A DNA stretch of 64,000 nt from an uncultured Acidobacteriota bacterium (GTDB taxonomy: Bacteria > Acidobacteriota > Thermoanaerobaculia > Multivoradales > UBA5704): the NCBI GenBank assembly GCA_963770895.1, contig CAVYRF010000001.1, positions 1,376,001 to 1,440,000 of the forward strand. Reading direction: 5' to 3'. Of this stretch, positions 29,635 through 42,109 are shown piece after piece. Under the pieces are notes generated by a model. The model saw nothing but the letters and a program-made list of their open reading frames with translations. It ran no database searches and was not told the origin of the DNA. The position numbers and the translations under genes were made by a program. Every line of letters begins with the position of its first letter. The first letter of the stretch is position 1.

Positions 29635-32181
29635 TCAGTTGCCTTCGCCGCCGGGCGGCGGATTGGGGGGAACCGCCGGCGGCTTGGAGCCGGTCGCAGG
29701 AGGGGCGCCGGGTTGCGGCATCTTCTCGCCCTCCTTGGGGATGTAGAAGGGCCGCTGCTGGTACCACGGCAGGGTGGTGATGGTCGACCAGCGGGCGCTG
29801 TATTCGCGCGCCGGCTCGGTGCCGGCGACGAATGCCTCTTTGATCACCTTGGCGCTGCCCGCGCCGGCGAGCAGGCCGGTGTAATACTCGATGTCGCGAA
29901 ACTCGACGTTGGGCGGCACCGCGAACGTCTCGCCCTTCTGGATCCAGCCGTTCTTCAGGCCGGCCTCGACGATGCCGCGCCACATGGGCAGCGCCGCGAC
30001 CGCGCCGCTCATTCCCTGGCCCAGCGACCGCTTGAGGTCGTAGCCGATCCAGGTGAGGATGGTGTAGCGCGGTGTGAAGCCGACGAACCAGGCGTCGGTG
30101 AAGTCGTCGGTGGTGCCGGTCTTGCCCGCGATGTCGAGCGGCAGGTCGTTGATGGCGAAGGCGGTGCCGCGATCGATGACGCCTTCCATCATGTGGGTCA
30201 GCACATAGGCGACCGCCGGATCGGTCGTAGTGTAGGCGGTGGGGAAGTGCTGCTCCAGCACCTGGCCGTCGTGCGACGAGATGCGCTCGATCATGTAGGG
30301 CTCGATGTGCGTCCCCTGGTTGGCGATCGCGGCGTACGAGGCGGCCAGCTCCAGCGGCACCAGGTCCGCCGAGCCCAGGGCGATGCTCGGCCAGGTGGGC
30401 AGCGGCGTGCGGATGCCGCAGCGATGCGCGAACGACACCACCTTGCCGCCGCCGACAAGGTCGAGCAGCTTGACCGCCGGCACGTTGATCGACTGTTCCA
30501 GCGCCCGCCGCAGGGTCACGATGCCGTAATGCTTGTGGTAATAGTTTTCGGGCCGGTAGCTCATCTTGCCGTCGGCGCCGATGAACGACGTCGGCGCGTC
30601 CAGCAGCGTGTCGGCCGCCGTCCAACCCTGCTCCAGCGCGGCGCCGTAGACAAATGGCTTGAACGCCGAGCCGACCTGGCGGCGCGCCTGGGTGATGCGG
30701 TTGAACTTGTTGCGCGCGAAATCCCAGCCGCCCACCATGGCGCGGATGGCGCCGGTGCGCGATTCGATCACCAGCCCCGCCGCCTCCATGCGCGGCTCCT
30801 GCTCGAGCATCAGCTGCAGCGGACCGGAGCCGGCGGCCGCTGCCGCTGCGTCCGCGCCGCCCGCGGCGTCGGCGGCCTTCTTGCCGCCCTTGGGCGGTTT
30901 CACCTCCGGCGCCTGAAAGCGGAACCAGGCGACGGTGCCGCGCTTGAGCAGGTCGCTGGGGTGGGCGTGGCCGGTCCACGCCATCCCCTTGGCGTCGAGG
31001 GCGAAGACCTGGCGGCCGATGCGTACCTGGGCGCTGGCGCGGTCGGCGGCCAGGACGATGCCGTGATACCAGCGGCCGGCGATCGGCTGGCCCTGATTGA
31101 ACGCCGCCGGCAGGTTCTGCTGCTCGATGGCCGCTTCGTCCAGCTGCGCGATCGGACCGCCCCAGCCGCGGCGGTGATCGATGTGCAGCAGGCCGGTGCG
31201 GACGGACTCTTCGGCGGCGCGCTGGATGCGCGGATCGAGCGAGGTCTGCACCAGCAGACCCCCTTCGTACAGCATGGTGGCGCCGTAGGTGGCTTCCAGG
31301 TACTTGCGCACCTCTTCGGCAAAATACGGCGCAAAGCTCTCTTCGGGCTGCTGCGACGCCACCAGCAGCGGCTGCGCCACCGCTTTTTGATACGCATCCT
31401 GGTCGATGTAGCGGTTTTCCAGCATGCGCCGCAGCACGCGGTTGCGCTGGCGCAGCACCATGTCCGGCTCGTGGTAGGGGCTGTAGCGGCTGGGCGCCGG
31501 GATGATGCCGATGAGCGTTGCCGCCTCGGCCAGGTTGAGCGCCTTGGCCGGCTTGCCGAAGTAGTAGCGGGACGCCGCCTCGATGCCGTAGTTGCCATGG
31601 CCGAGGTTGACCAGGTTCAGATAGAGGGTGATGATCTGCTGCTTGCTGAAATTCTTTTCCAGCTCGACCGCCACCAGCGACTCCTCGATCTTGCGCCGCC
31701 ACTTGCGCTCGCGCGTCAGGAAGAGGCTGCGGGCCAGCTGCATCGAGATCGTCGAGCCGCCTTCCTTCATGCGCCCGGCGCGCAGGTCGTCGAGCGCCGC
31801 CCGCGCGATGCCCAAGGCGTCGATGCCGCCATGCTGAAAGAAGTTGCTGTCTTCGGAGGCCAGCAGCGCCCGCTCCAGGAGCGGCGGAATCTCGCCCTCC
31901 TTGAGCATCATGCGCCGCTCGCGCGCAAAGCTCGAAAACACGCTGCCGTCGACGGCAAACAGCTGGGTCACCAGGCTGGGGGTGAACGAGGCCAGCGCCT
32001 CCACCCGCGGCACGTGGATGAGCGCCGCGACGCTCACGCCGACGCCGGTGCCCAGCCCCAGCGCCAGGATCAGCGGCAGCGCCCACCGCCGGAAAGGCCG
32101 GCGGCCCCGCCGCCGGTCGCGAGGCACCGGGCGGGAAGCGAAGGTGGGTCCCTCTTGGCTGCGGGTCCCGGAGTCTGCCAC
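29635..32181 (-). CDS. mrcA: Penicillin-binding protein 1A family (transglycosylase/transpeptidase)
   Basis: ASEDSNFFQHGG, EGGSTISMQL, RKIEE, YLN, RQVGSAFK (SxxK), SIN (SxN), GKTGT; probable GTG start 7 nt after TATAAT. Confidence 0.92.
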   Translation of the reverse strand: MADSGTRSQEGPTFASRPVPRDRRRGRRPFRRWALPLILALGLGTGVGVSVAALIHVPRVEALASFTPSLVTQLFAVDGSVFSSFARERRMMLKEGEIPPLLERALLASEDSNFFQHGGIDALGIARAALDDLRAGRMKEGGSTISMQLARSLFLTRERKWRRKIEESLVAVELEKNFSKQQIITLYLNLVNLGHGNYGIEAASRYYFGKPAKALNLAEAATLIGIIPAPSRYSPYHEPDMVLRQRNRVLRRMLENRYIDQDAYQKAVAQPLLVASQQPEESFAPYFAEEVRKYLEATYGATMLYEGGLLVQTSLDPRIQRAAEESVRTGLLHIDHRRGWGGPIAQLDEAAIEQQNLPAAFNQGQPIAGRWYHGIVLAADRASAQVRIGRQVFALDAKGMAWTGHAHPSDLLKRGTVAWFRFQAPEVKPPKGGKKAADAAGGADAAAAAAGSGPLQLMLEQEPRMEAAGLVIESRTGAIRAMVGGWDFARNKFNRITQARRQVGSAFKPFVYGAALEQGWTAADTLLDAPTSFIGADGKMSYRPENYYHKHYGIVTLRRALEQSINVPAVKLLDLVGGGKVVSFAHRCGIRTPLPTWPSIALGSADLVPLELAASYAAIANQGTHIEPYMIERISSHDGQVLEQHFPTAYTTTDPAVAYVLTHMMEGVIDRGTAFAINDLPLDIAGKTGTTDDFTDAWFVGFTPRYTILTWIGYDLKRSLGQGMSGAVAALPMWRGIVEAGLKNGWIQKGETFAVPPNVEFRDIEYYTGLLAGAGSAKVIKEAFVAGTEPAREYSARWSTITTLPWYQQRPFYIPKEGEKMPQPGAPPATGSKPPAVPPNPPPGGEGN

Positions 32182-32319
32182 GCCGTTCATTATAGGTGCA
32201 GACCGGTCCGCCGGCCGCCGCAATGCAGGCTCCCGGCTCCTGCCGTTTGCCGTGCCGACGGGTGCGACGCATGGGCACGGCTTGCCGCTGCCGGGTGGCG
32301 GTGATAGAAACGGTACCCC

Positions 32320-32946
32320 GTGGGCGAGCCTGCAGGTACTCCTAACGCGCCGTTCAACCCGCCGCACGCCATCCAGGTGCCGCGGGATGGTCCCGGATGC
32401 AGCAAGCCGATGGTGGTGGGCTGTGCCGGGCTGCTGCTCGTCGGCGCCTTCGCCCTGCTGATCAGCCTGGCGCCCAGCTTCATCCGCTGGTCGTTCCAGA
32501 AGATGGAGGAGTCGCTGTCGGCGCGCCTGCCGGCCGATCTGACGCCGGCCGAACGCGACCGGCTGCACCGCGCCTTCCAGACCGCCGGGCACGCCGCTTC
32601 CAGCGGCCAGGGCGACTTCGACGGCATGCGGCGGTTCCAGCAGCAGATGCTGTCGCTCGAAGGCAGCCAGCGGCAGCTCAGCCACCTGGAGGTGCAGCAG
32701 CTCACCCGCGCATTGGAAAGCCTCAGCCGCCGGCCGGCCGCGTCGCCACCAATCCCCGGCGCGCCGGGCGCGCCGGGTGCGCCGGCCGTGCCACAGGCGC
32801 CGTCATCTGGCGCGCCGCCGCCTCCCGCGCCGCCGGCGCCGGCCCATGCGCAGGGTCCGGCAGGCACGCAAACCGTGCGTTTCCAACCCCAGGCGCCGCA
32901 CTGGCTCCGGCCGGCGGCGGTCCAATACGCCGCGGCGCCGGCCTGA
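32320..32946 (+). CDS. Hypothetical membrane-anchored protein
   Basis: [24 protein letters not shown], helical domain, Pro-rich tail; fills the gap before uvrB. Confidence 0.55.
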   Translation: MGEPAGTPNAPFNPPHAIQVPRDGPGCSKPMVVGCAGLLLVGAFALLISLAPSFIRWSFQKMEESLSARLPADLTPAERDRLHRAFQTAGHAASSGQGDFDGMRRFQQQMLSLEGSQRQLSHLEVQQLTRALESLSRRPAASPPIPGAPGAPGAPAVPQAPSSGAPPPPAPPAPAHAQGPAGTQTVRFQPQAPHWLRPAAVQYAAAPA

Positions 32947-32996
32947 GTCGGACGCCGCCGGAACAAACCGCGGCGGCGGCGGGTTTTAGCACTGGC

Positions 32997-34991
<1,995 letters not shown>

Positions 34992-35058
34992 GGCTCACCC
35001 TCCGATCACCATCAGAGCACCGGCTTTTCCCCACCCCATCCGCCGCCGGCCCAGCCGC

Positions 35059-36981
35059 ATGCAACCGCAGGACACTCTCGCCACCCGCATCAAGGAGCTG
35101 CCCGACCGGCCCGGCATCTATATCTTCAAGGACGCCGCCGGCAAGGTCCTCTACGTCGGCAAGGCCAAGTCGCTGCGCAAGCGCGCCTCGTCGTACCTGG
35201 TGCGCGACCACGAGCCGCGGCTGGCGGCGATGATGGCCGAGGCGGCCGACCTGGAATTCGTGGTCACCGACTCGGAGCCCGAGGCGCTGCTGCTCGAAAA
35301 CAACTGGATCAAGCGCCGCCGGCCGCGCTACAACATCCTGCTGCGCGACGACAAGACCTATCCCTATCTCAAGCTGACGGTGCAGGAGGCGTGGCCGCGC
35401 ATCGCCTTCACCCGCCGCATCCGCGACGACGGCGCCGAGTATTTCGGCCCCTTCCTGCCCGGCGGCCTGGCGCGCAAGGCGATCAAGCTGGTGCAGAAAC
35501 TGTTCAGGGTGCGCGTCTGCCACATCGAGGTCGACGGCTCGCTGGCGCGCCCCTGCCTGTATTACGACATGCACCGCTGCCTGGGGCCCTGCGTCGCGGC
35601 GCTCACCACCGCGGACCACTATGCGCAAGCCGTGGTGCAGGCGCGGCTCTTCCTGGCCGGGCGCAACGACGTGCTGCTGCGCAGCCTCAAACGTGAGATG
35701 TGGGAGGCCGCCGAAGCGACCGACTACGAGCGCGCCGCGCGGCTGCGCGACTCCCTGGCCGAGATCGAAGCGATCGGCGAACGGCGCAAGCTGTCCTCCG
35801 TGGACGGCGAGGACGTCGACGTCTACGGCGTCCAGGTGGCCGGCGGCAACGCCGCGGTGGTCGTCCTGGTGATGCGCGGCGGCCAGGTGCTCGATCGCCG
35901 CGAGCTGTTCTGGGAAGGGGTGGGGGACATCTCGGCCGAGCTGCTGCTGTCGCAGGTGGTGCCCCAGATCTACGACCGCACCACGTTCATCCCCAAGGAG
36001 ATCCACCTGCCGGCGCCGATCGAAGGCGAAGAGGCGCTGCTGACCTGGCTGTCCGAGCGCAAGGGCGCCAAGGTCTACCTGCGCATGCCGTCGCGCGGCG
36101 CCAAGGCCGAGCGCGTGACGCTGGCGCGCCACAACGCCCAGATGGCCCACCGGCGGCGCTTCCGCGGCGAGCAGACGCCGCCGGGGGCGGCGGCGCTGGA
36201 GCGTCACCTGGCGATGCTGGAGCCCCCGCGGCGCATCGAAGGCTTCGACATCTCGCACTTCCAGGGCGGCGAAACCGTCGCCTCGATGGTGGTCTGGGAA
36301 GAAGGCAGGATGCGCAAGTCCGACTACCGCAGCTTCAACATCCGCGGCCTCGATCAGCCGGACGACTTCGTTTCGATGCGCCAGGCGGTCGAGCGCCGCT
36401 ACCGCCGCCAGCTCGAAGAGGTGGGGGAGATGCCCGACCTGATCCTGATCGACGGCGGCCGCGGACAGCTCAACGCCGCGCTGGCCGCGCTCAGCGAGCT
36501 GGGGGTGGAGGAGACGCCGATCGTGGCGCTGGCCAAGCGCGAAGAGGAGCTCTACGTGCCGGCCAGCCCCGAGCCGCTCAAGCTGCCGCGGCAGGACCCG
36601 GGCTTGCAGCTGCTGCAGCAGATCCGCGACGAAGCGCACCGCTTCGCCGTGTCGCGCCACCGGCGGCGGCGGTCGGCGCGCACGCTGCACAGCCGCCTGG
36701 ACGAGCTGGCCGGGATCGGCCCGCGGCGCCGCCGGCTGCTGCTGACCCGCCTGGGCAGCCTGGAAAAAGTCCGCCAGGCCACGGTCGAAGAGCTGGCCCA
36801 GGTCCTGGGCCCGACCGTGGGCCGCCGCACCTTCGCCCAGCTGCATGCCGCCCCAGCCGGCCAGGCAGCGGCGACCGATGCGGCGATGCCGGCCGACGCG
36901 CCCGCGGTGGCCGAGCCGGTCGACGCCGCCCAGGTCGCTGAATCGGCTGGCCCGGCAGCCACACCGCGGCTACCGGGTTAG
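35059..36981 (+). CDS. uvrC: Excinuclease ABC subunit C
   Basis: GIY-YIG PGIYIFKD..LYVGKAKSL, PRYNILLRDDKTYPY, IEGFDISH, LILIDGGRGQ, IRDEAHRFA, HhH. Confidence 0.97.
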   Translation: MQPQDTLATRIKELPDRPGIYIFKDAAGKVLYVGKAKSLRKRASSYLVRDHEPRLAAMMAEAADLEFVVTDSEPEALLLENNWIKRRRPRYNILLRDDKTYPYLKLTVQEAWPRIAFTRRIRDDGAEYFGPFLPGGLARKAIKLVQKLFRVRVCHIEVDGSLARPCLYYDMHRCLGPCVAALTTADHYAQAVVQARLFLAGRNDVLLRSLKREMWEAAEATDYERAARLRDSLAEIEAIGERRKLSSVDGEDVDVYGVQVAGGNAAVVVLVMRGGQVLDRRELFWEGVGDISAELLLSQVVPQIYDRTTFIPKEIHLPAPIEGEEALLTWLSERKGAKVYLRMPSRGAKAERVTLARHNAQMAHRRRFRGEQTPPGAAALERHLAMLEPPRRIEGFDISHFQGGETVASMVVWEEGRMRKSDYRSFNIRGLDQPDDFVSMRQAVERRYRRQLEEVGEMPDLILIDGGRGQLNAALAALSELGVEETPIVALAKREEELYVPASPEPLKLPRQDPGLQLLQQIRDEAHRFAVSRHRRRRSARTLHSRLDELAGIGPRRRRLLLTRLGSLEKVRQATVEELAQVLGPTVGRRTFAQLHAAPAGQAAATDAAMPADAPAVAEPVDAAQVAESAGPAATPRLPG

Positions 36982-37068
36982 CAGGTGCCGCCCGCCGCTA
37001 GAGCGCGCGACAGGTGCAGGTATCGGTGCCCGACGTGCAGAAGTTGGGCAGGGCAAAGCAGCGCGGCG

Positions 37069-37209
37069 TCAGCCGCAGGCGGTGGAGCACAGGCCGCAGA
37101 AGGTGTAGCGGCCCGACCCGACGGCGGCGGCGGCCGCACGGGCTTCGCGGGTGTCGAGGGCGCGGACGGTTTCCTTGTGCAGGTGGAGCGTCACTGGCTG
37201 CTTTTTCAT
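37069..37209 (-). CDS. Putative class I lanthipeptide (RiPP) precursor, 46 aa
   Basis: AAGGGAG RBS; MKKQPVTLHLHKETVRAL (LxLxKETxxxL leader) and Ser/Thr/Cys-rich core GSGRYTFCGLCSTACG. Confidence 0.65.
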   Translation of the reverse strand: MKKQPVTLHLHKETVRALDTREARAAAAAVGSGRYTFCGLCSTACG

Positions 37210-37355
37210 GGAGTCTCCCTTGGGCCGCACGCAGCCGGCCGATTGGAACGCACGCGCGACAAGCGCGCGGCGCATGCAGAGGCTACCGTATCGGACCGCC
37301 TCCCTGCGGCGCAAAGCCAGCAGGGGGTATGGTGGCGACGCGGCGGTGGGTGGCG

Positions 37356-39770
37356 CTACTCCTGGCGCAGCGTGTCGAGCGGGTCGGCGCGCAGCGCCCG
37401 GCGCGCCGGCAGCAGGCTTGCCAGCAGGGCCACGCTGCCCAGGAACAGCGAAATGAGGCCGAAGTTGGCGGGGTCGGTGGGGCTCACCTGGTAGAGCAGC
37501 TCGCCCAGGATCGGCGCCAGCGCCCGCGCCACCACGATGCCGCAGGCCAGGCCGATCGCGGTCAGGCGCAGCGCCTGGCCGAGCACCAGCCGCATCACGT
37601 CGCGATCCTGGGCGCCCAGCGCAATGCGCACGCCGATCTCGCGCTGGCGCTGGCTCACCGCGTAGGACAGCACGCCGTAGATGCCGATCGCCGCGAGCAG
37701 CAGCGCCAGGGCGCCGGCGCCGGCGAACACGCCGCTGAACAGGCGCTGCGTCCACGCTCCGTCGAGCCGCAGGTTTTCCATGGTGACGGGGCGGTAGAGT
37801 GCCAGGCCGGGGTCGGCGGCGTGGACCTGGCGGCGGATCAGCGCCGTCAAGGTCGCCGGCGCGACGCGGCTGCGCACGATCAGACCGTTGCTGCGCTCGG
37901 CCTGGTAGGGGTAGGGCAGGTAGGCGCTGGGCCGCATCGGCGCCACCAGCTGCTCGTCGCCGCGGAAGTCGCCGACGACGCCGACGACGGTGATCCATTC
38001 GCCGTGGCCGGTTTGCGCCAGCTTGAAGCGGTGGCCCAGCGCCGCGCCGTTGGGCCAGAAGCTCCTGGCGAAGGTGTCGTTGACCACGGCGACGGGCAGG
38101 CCCGCCGCGACCTCGCCCTCGCTCAAGGCGCGGCCCGCCACCATCGGCGCCCCCAGCGCTGCGAAGTACTGCGCGGTGATGCCGGTGTAGTAGGCGGTCG
38201 GCGCGGGGCCCGGCGGCGCCGGCTGCCCATCGATCGCCACGTCGACGTCGTGACCGCCGTCGCCAAGCGGCACCAGGTTGGCGGCGGCGGCGCGCTCGAC
38301 CCCGGGCAGCGCCGCGATGCGCCGCAGGACGTCGTCGATGCGGCGGGCCTTGGCGGTGTCGGAGTCGTAGGCCGGGCCGGCCAGGAACACGCGCGCGGTC
38401 AGGATGCGCGCCGGGTCGAAGCCGATGTCGGCCTGGCGCAGCTGCAGGAAGTTGCGGGCGGCAAGCGAGGTGCCGACCAGCAGCACCAGCGCCAGGGCGA
38501 TCTCGACGACCACCAGGACGCTGCGCAGGCGGTGGCTCTCGCGGCCGGCGCTGGCGTTGCGGCTGCCGTCCTTGAGCAGCGCGTTCACGTCGCGGCGCAA
38601 CGCGCCGGCAGCGGGCGCCAGTCCGAACAGCACGCCGGTCGCGACCGCCGCGGACAGCGTGAACAGCAACACCGGACCGTCCAGGGTGAAGTGCAGCCAG
38701 TAGGCCAGGTGCTGGCGCGGAATCGCGGCCACGATCAGGCGCATGCCCGCCTCGGCGACCGCGACGCCGAGCACGCCGCCGGCCAGTGCCAGCAGCAGGC
38801 TCTCGGTCAGCAGCTGGCGCAGGATGCGGCCGCTGCCGGCGCCGAAGGCGAAGCGCACCGCCATCTCGCGCTGGCGGCTGGTGGCGCGCGACAGCTGCAG
38901 GTTGGCGACGTTGGCGCAGGCGATCAGCAGCACGAACAGCACCGCCCCCAGGAGCGAGTTCAGGAACAGCTGGGTGCCCTCGAACAGCAGGTCGTCGCGC
39001 AGCGGCCGCTGTCTCACCTTCCAACCGGCGTGAGCGGCGGGGTGGGCCGCCGCCTGGCGGCGAGCGAAGGCGGCCAGCTCGGCGTTCAGCGCCGCGGCCG
39101 AGGTGCCGGGCCGCAGCCGTGCCAGCACCATCAGCCGGCGGTCGGTGCGCAGGCTGGCGTGGTAGCGGGGGGCCAGCGGCACCCACGCCATCGAGCGCGC
39201 GGGGAAGGCGAACTCCGGCGGCATGACTCCCACCACCGTATGCGGCGTGCCGTCGACCAGGATGGAGTGCCCGACGATGCCGCGGTCGCCGCGGAAGGCG
39301 CGGTGCCACACGCCGTCGCTCAGCAGGATGGTCGGTGCGGCCCCCGGCCGGTCGTCCTCGGGGCTGAAATCGCGGCCCAACGCCGGTGGCACTCCCAGCA
39401 GCGAAAACAGGCCGGCGGACACCGCCTGCGCGTCCAGGCGCTGCGGTTGGTCGACGCCGTTGAGGACCAGGCTCTGCCCGGTGGCGGCCGCCACGCTGGC
39501 GTTGCTGAGCCCCTGGTGCGCCAGGTCGTAGAAGTCGGGCCAGGCGAAGTCCTCGTAAGCCGGGCGGGCCGCGCGGCTGCGGTGCAGCACCACGATGCGA
39601 TCGGGGTCGGCAAACGGGAGGGGGCGCAGCAGCACCGCCTCGACGACGCTGAACATCGCCGTGCTGGCGCCGATGCCCAGCGCCATGCAGGCGATGGCCA
39701 CCGCCGCCATCGCCGGGGTCCGCCGGAACCCGCGCAGCGCCAACCGCACATCCTGCGCCAACGTCTCCAT
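37356..39770 (-). CDS. ADOP-type duplicated ABC permease (MacB/FtsX domains)
   Basis: METLAQDVRLALRGFRRTP, LGIGASTAMFSVV, LLIACANVANL, RQREMAVR..GA, IGIYGVLSYAVSQRQREIGVRIALGA, PARRALRADP. Confidence 0.9.
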   Translation of the reverse strand: METLAQDVRLALRGFRRTPAMAAVAIACMALGIGASTAMFSVVEAVLLRPLPFADPDRIVVLHRSRAARPAYEDFAWPDFYDLAHQGLSNASVAAATGQSLVLNGVDQPQRLDAQAVSAGLFSLLGVPPALGRDFSPEDDRPGAAPTILLSDGVWHRAFRGDRGIVGHSILVDGTPHTVVGVMPPEFAFPARSMAWVPLAPRYHASLRTDRRLMVLARLRPGTSAAALNAELAAFARRQAAAHPAAHAGWKVRQRPLRDDLLFEGTQLFLNSLLGAVLFVLLIACANVANLQLSRATSRQREMAVRFAFGAGSGRILRQLLTESLLLALAGGVLGVAVAEAGMRLIVAAIPRQHLAYWLHFTLDGPVLLFTLSAAVATGVLFGLAPAAGALRRDVNALLKDGSRNASAGRESHRLRSVLVVVEIALALVLLVGTSLAARNFLQLRQADIGFDPARILTARVFLAGPAYDSDTAKARRIDDVLRRIAALPGVERAAAANLVPLGDGGHDVDVAIDGQPAPPGPAPTAYYTGITAQYFAALGAPMVAGRALSEGEVAAGLPVAVVNDTFARSFWPNGAALGHRFKLAQTGHGEWITVVGVVGDFRGDEQLVAPMRPSAYLPYPYQAERSNGLIVRSRVAPATLTALIRRQVHAADPGLALYRPVTMENLRLDGAWTQRLFSGVFAGAGALALLLAAIGIYGVLSYAVSQRQREIGVRIALGAQDRDVMRLVLGQALRLTAIGLACGIVVARALAPILGELLYQVSPTDPANFGLISLFLGSVALLASLLPARRALRADPLDTLRQE

Positions 39771-39909
39771 CGTCGCCTCCCTCGTGGCGCCACGTCGCCG
39801 CGCGGCCCTCCACCACCCCATGCGCTCCTTCCAGGCATGATACGGCAGCGCCCGCCGCGGGTTGCGCCGCGGCGCCGAGAGGCTAAGATGAGTGCGGGGG
39901 GAGGCGGCG

Positions 39910-40548
39910 ATGAACAGCTCGAAGACGATCTGGGCGCTGCTGGCGGTGCTGACGCTGCCGGCGCTGCTGGACGTGGCGGTGCCGGCCGGCGCCGGTCAGC
40001 AGGTCACCGCTCCGGCGACCCCGCCGGCCCCGGCGGCTCCAGCGGGCGACAAAGGGGCGGCGGCGGCGCGGGTCGAGCCTGGCAGCACGGCGCCGGCCGC
40101 TGCCGTGTCGCTGCGCCTGGTGCCGTTGAGCGGCGCTGCGCTCGAATTGACCGCCGCCGACCTGGCGCGGATGCCCCGCCAGACCCTGAAGACCGCCGCG
40201 CCCGCCGGCGGCGCCGGCCATGCCGAAAGCGGCCAGCCCGCGGCGCTGGAAGGCGTGCCGCTGCGGGCGCTGCTCGATCGGCTGGGGGTGCCCGCGGGGC
40301 ACGATCTGCACGGCGATGCCCTGCAGCTCTACGTCGTCGCCGAGGGAGCGGACGGCTATCGCGTCGTGCTCGCCGTCCCGGAGCTCGACGCAAGCTTCAC
40401 GGACAGCGTCGTGCTGGTCGCCGACCGCAAGAACGGGCGCCCGCTCGATGCGGTAGAGGGGCCGTTGCGGCTCGTCGTGCCGACAGACAAACGCCCCGCC
40501 CGTTGGGTCCGCCAGCTGGTGCGCATCAGCGTGCGGCGGGCATCCTGA
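39910..40548 (+). CDS. Exported molybdopterin-dependent oxidoreductase-like domain protein
   Basis: Signal peptide; EGVPLRALL, VVAEGADGYRVV, EGPLRLVVP.DKRPARWVRQ; next to a TOBE/Mop gene. Confidence 0.75.
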   Translation: MNSSKTIWALLAVLTLPALLDVAVPAGAGQQVTAPATPPAPAAPAGDKGAAAARVEPGSTAPAAAVSLRLVPLSGAALELTAADLARMPRQTLKTAAPAGGAGHAESGQPAALEGVPLRALLDRLGVPAGHDLHGDALQLYVVAEGADGYRVVLAVPELDASFTDSVVLVADRKNGRPLDAVEGPLRLVVPTDKRPARWVRQLVRISVRRAS

Positions 40549-40583
40549 ACTCTTGAACTGAGGATCGAAGGAGGGACTCGCAG

Positions 40584-40799
40584 ATGAAAATCAGCGCCCG
40601 CAATCAACTGCCCGGCAAGGTCACCAGCGTGCAGCTGGGAGCCGTGATGGCCGAAGTCACCGTCGACATCGGCGGCGGCAACTCCCTGGTATCCGCCATC
40701 ACCCGCGGCTCGGCCGAGTCGCTGGACCTGCGAGAAGGCGCCCCGGTGGTGGTCATCATCAAGGCCACCGAAGTCCTCATCGGCCGCGAGGACCAGTAG
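40584..40799 (+). CDS. Molybdenum-binding Mop/TOBE domain protein
   Basis: MKISARNQLPGKV, SAITRGSAESLDL, IIKATEV. Confidence 0.9.
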   Translation: MKISARNQLPGKVTSVQLGAVMAEVTVDIGGGNSLVSAITRGSAESLDLREGAPVVVIIKATEVLIGREDQ

Positions 40800-41982
40800 C
40801 CGATCCCTGCCGCCCACGCCGCCCATGCCGGCCGCGGGCGCGCGCGGCGGTTGTCCGCCGCCGCGCCGGCCGCGCCCCCCGCGACCGCCGCGCCGGCGAT
40901 TCCGGCGCGGGCAATCCCTCCAGCAAGGCCAGCGTCTGCGCTTCCAGCTGCGGCAGGATCGCTCCCGCCGCCCCCTCCGTCGCCGCCGCGACCGCCGAGG
41001 CGACCGGCTTGCCGTGCAGCCTGCCCTCCAGGAACGCGGCGATCACGCCCGGATGGACGTAATACTTGCGGCAAATTGCCGGCCGATTGCCAAGCTGAGC
41101 GGCAACCCGCGCGATCGCCTCGTTGACCGCGTGGCGGGCGTCGCGCGGCCCGCCAGCCGCGTTGTCCGCGGCCTCGGCAGGATCGCCGCACATCGTCAGC
41201 AACGCCGCCAGCGCCAGCACCGTACCGCCCCAGGTGCGAAAATCCTTGGCCGTGAACTCTTCTCCGGTGGCTTCCCGCAGGTAGCCGTTGACGTCCGCCG
41301 AATCCACCCCCTGGCGTTCGCCGGCTTCGTCGACGTATTGAAACAGCTCGTGCCCCGGCAGCTCGCGGCAAGCCCGCACCACCCGCGCCACCCGGCGGTT
41401 GGAGATCGCCACGCTATGCTCCTTGCCGCTCTTGCCGCGGAACTGAAACCGCACCGTCGAGCCGCTCACCTCCACGTGCCGCGACCGCATCGTGGTCAGC
41501 CCGAACGAGCGGTTCTCGCGCGCGTACTCTTCGTTGCCCACCCGGATCAGCGTCGTTTCCAGCAACTTGACCACCAAGGCCAGCACCTTGTCGCGAGGCA
41601 ACCCCGGCAGCCCCAGATCCCGCTCCAGCCGCGCCCGCAACCGCGGCAGCGCCTCACCGAAAGCCACCATGCGGCCAAACTTCGTTTCGTCCCGCACCGT
41701 CCGCCAATCCGCATGGTACCGATACTGCTTCCGGCCCCGCGCGTCGCGCCCCGTCGCCTGCAAATGCCCATTCGCCACAGGACAGATCCAAACGTCCTGC
41801 CAAGCCGGCGGGATCGCCAGCGCCTGAATCCGCCGCCGCTCCGCCCGGTCGTGCAGCGGCCCTCCAGCCGCATCCACATAGCGAAAACCCTCACCCTGGC
41901 GGCGGCGCCGGATCCCCGGCCGGGCGTCCGACACATACCGCAGTCCCGCCGCCTTGGCGCTGCTCACAGGATCGATCACCAT
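40777..41982 (-). CDS. DNA topoisomerase IB (bacterial, poxvirus-like type)
   Basis: AGLRYVSD, IPPAWQDVWIC, GRDARGRKQYRYH, IRVGNEEY, FRGKSGK, TAKDFRTW, LGNRPAICRKYYVHP. Confidence 0.93.
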   Translation of the reverse strand: MVIDPVSSAKAAGLRYVSDARPGIRRRRQGEGFRYVDAAGGPLHDRAERRRIQALAIPPAWQDVWICPVANGHLQATGRDARGRKQYRYHADWRTVRDETKFGRMVAFGEALPRLRARLERDLGLPGLPRDKVLALVVKLLETTLIRVGNEEYARENRSFGLTTMRSRHVEVSGSTVRFQFRGKSGKEHSVAISNRRVARVVRACRELPGHELFQYVDEAGERQGVDSADVNGYLREATGEEFTAKDFRTWGGTVLALAALLTMCGDPAEAADNAAGGPRDARHAVNEAIARVAAQLGNRPAICRKYYVHPGVIAAFLEGRLHGKPVASAVAAATEGAAGAILPQLEAQTLALLEGLPAPESPARRSRGARPARRRTTAARARGRHGRRGRQGSATGPRGR

Positions 41983-42109
41983 GCCGCCCCGCCCTTGCAC
42001 CCCGCGTGCCGCCCCCCGCGCAGATCGCGGCCGCGCCGTCAGGCGCGCTGCGATGGGCGCGACAGAACAGCCAGCCGGCCTGCCGGTGTGCTGGCGTAAA
42101 CTGTCTGCC

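Noticed and set aside
28415-32278. 1287-aa ORF suggesting a giant protein
   Set aside because: Only 28415-29476 is credible (own RBS and signal peptide); the rest is an off-frame read through PBP1A
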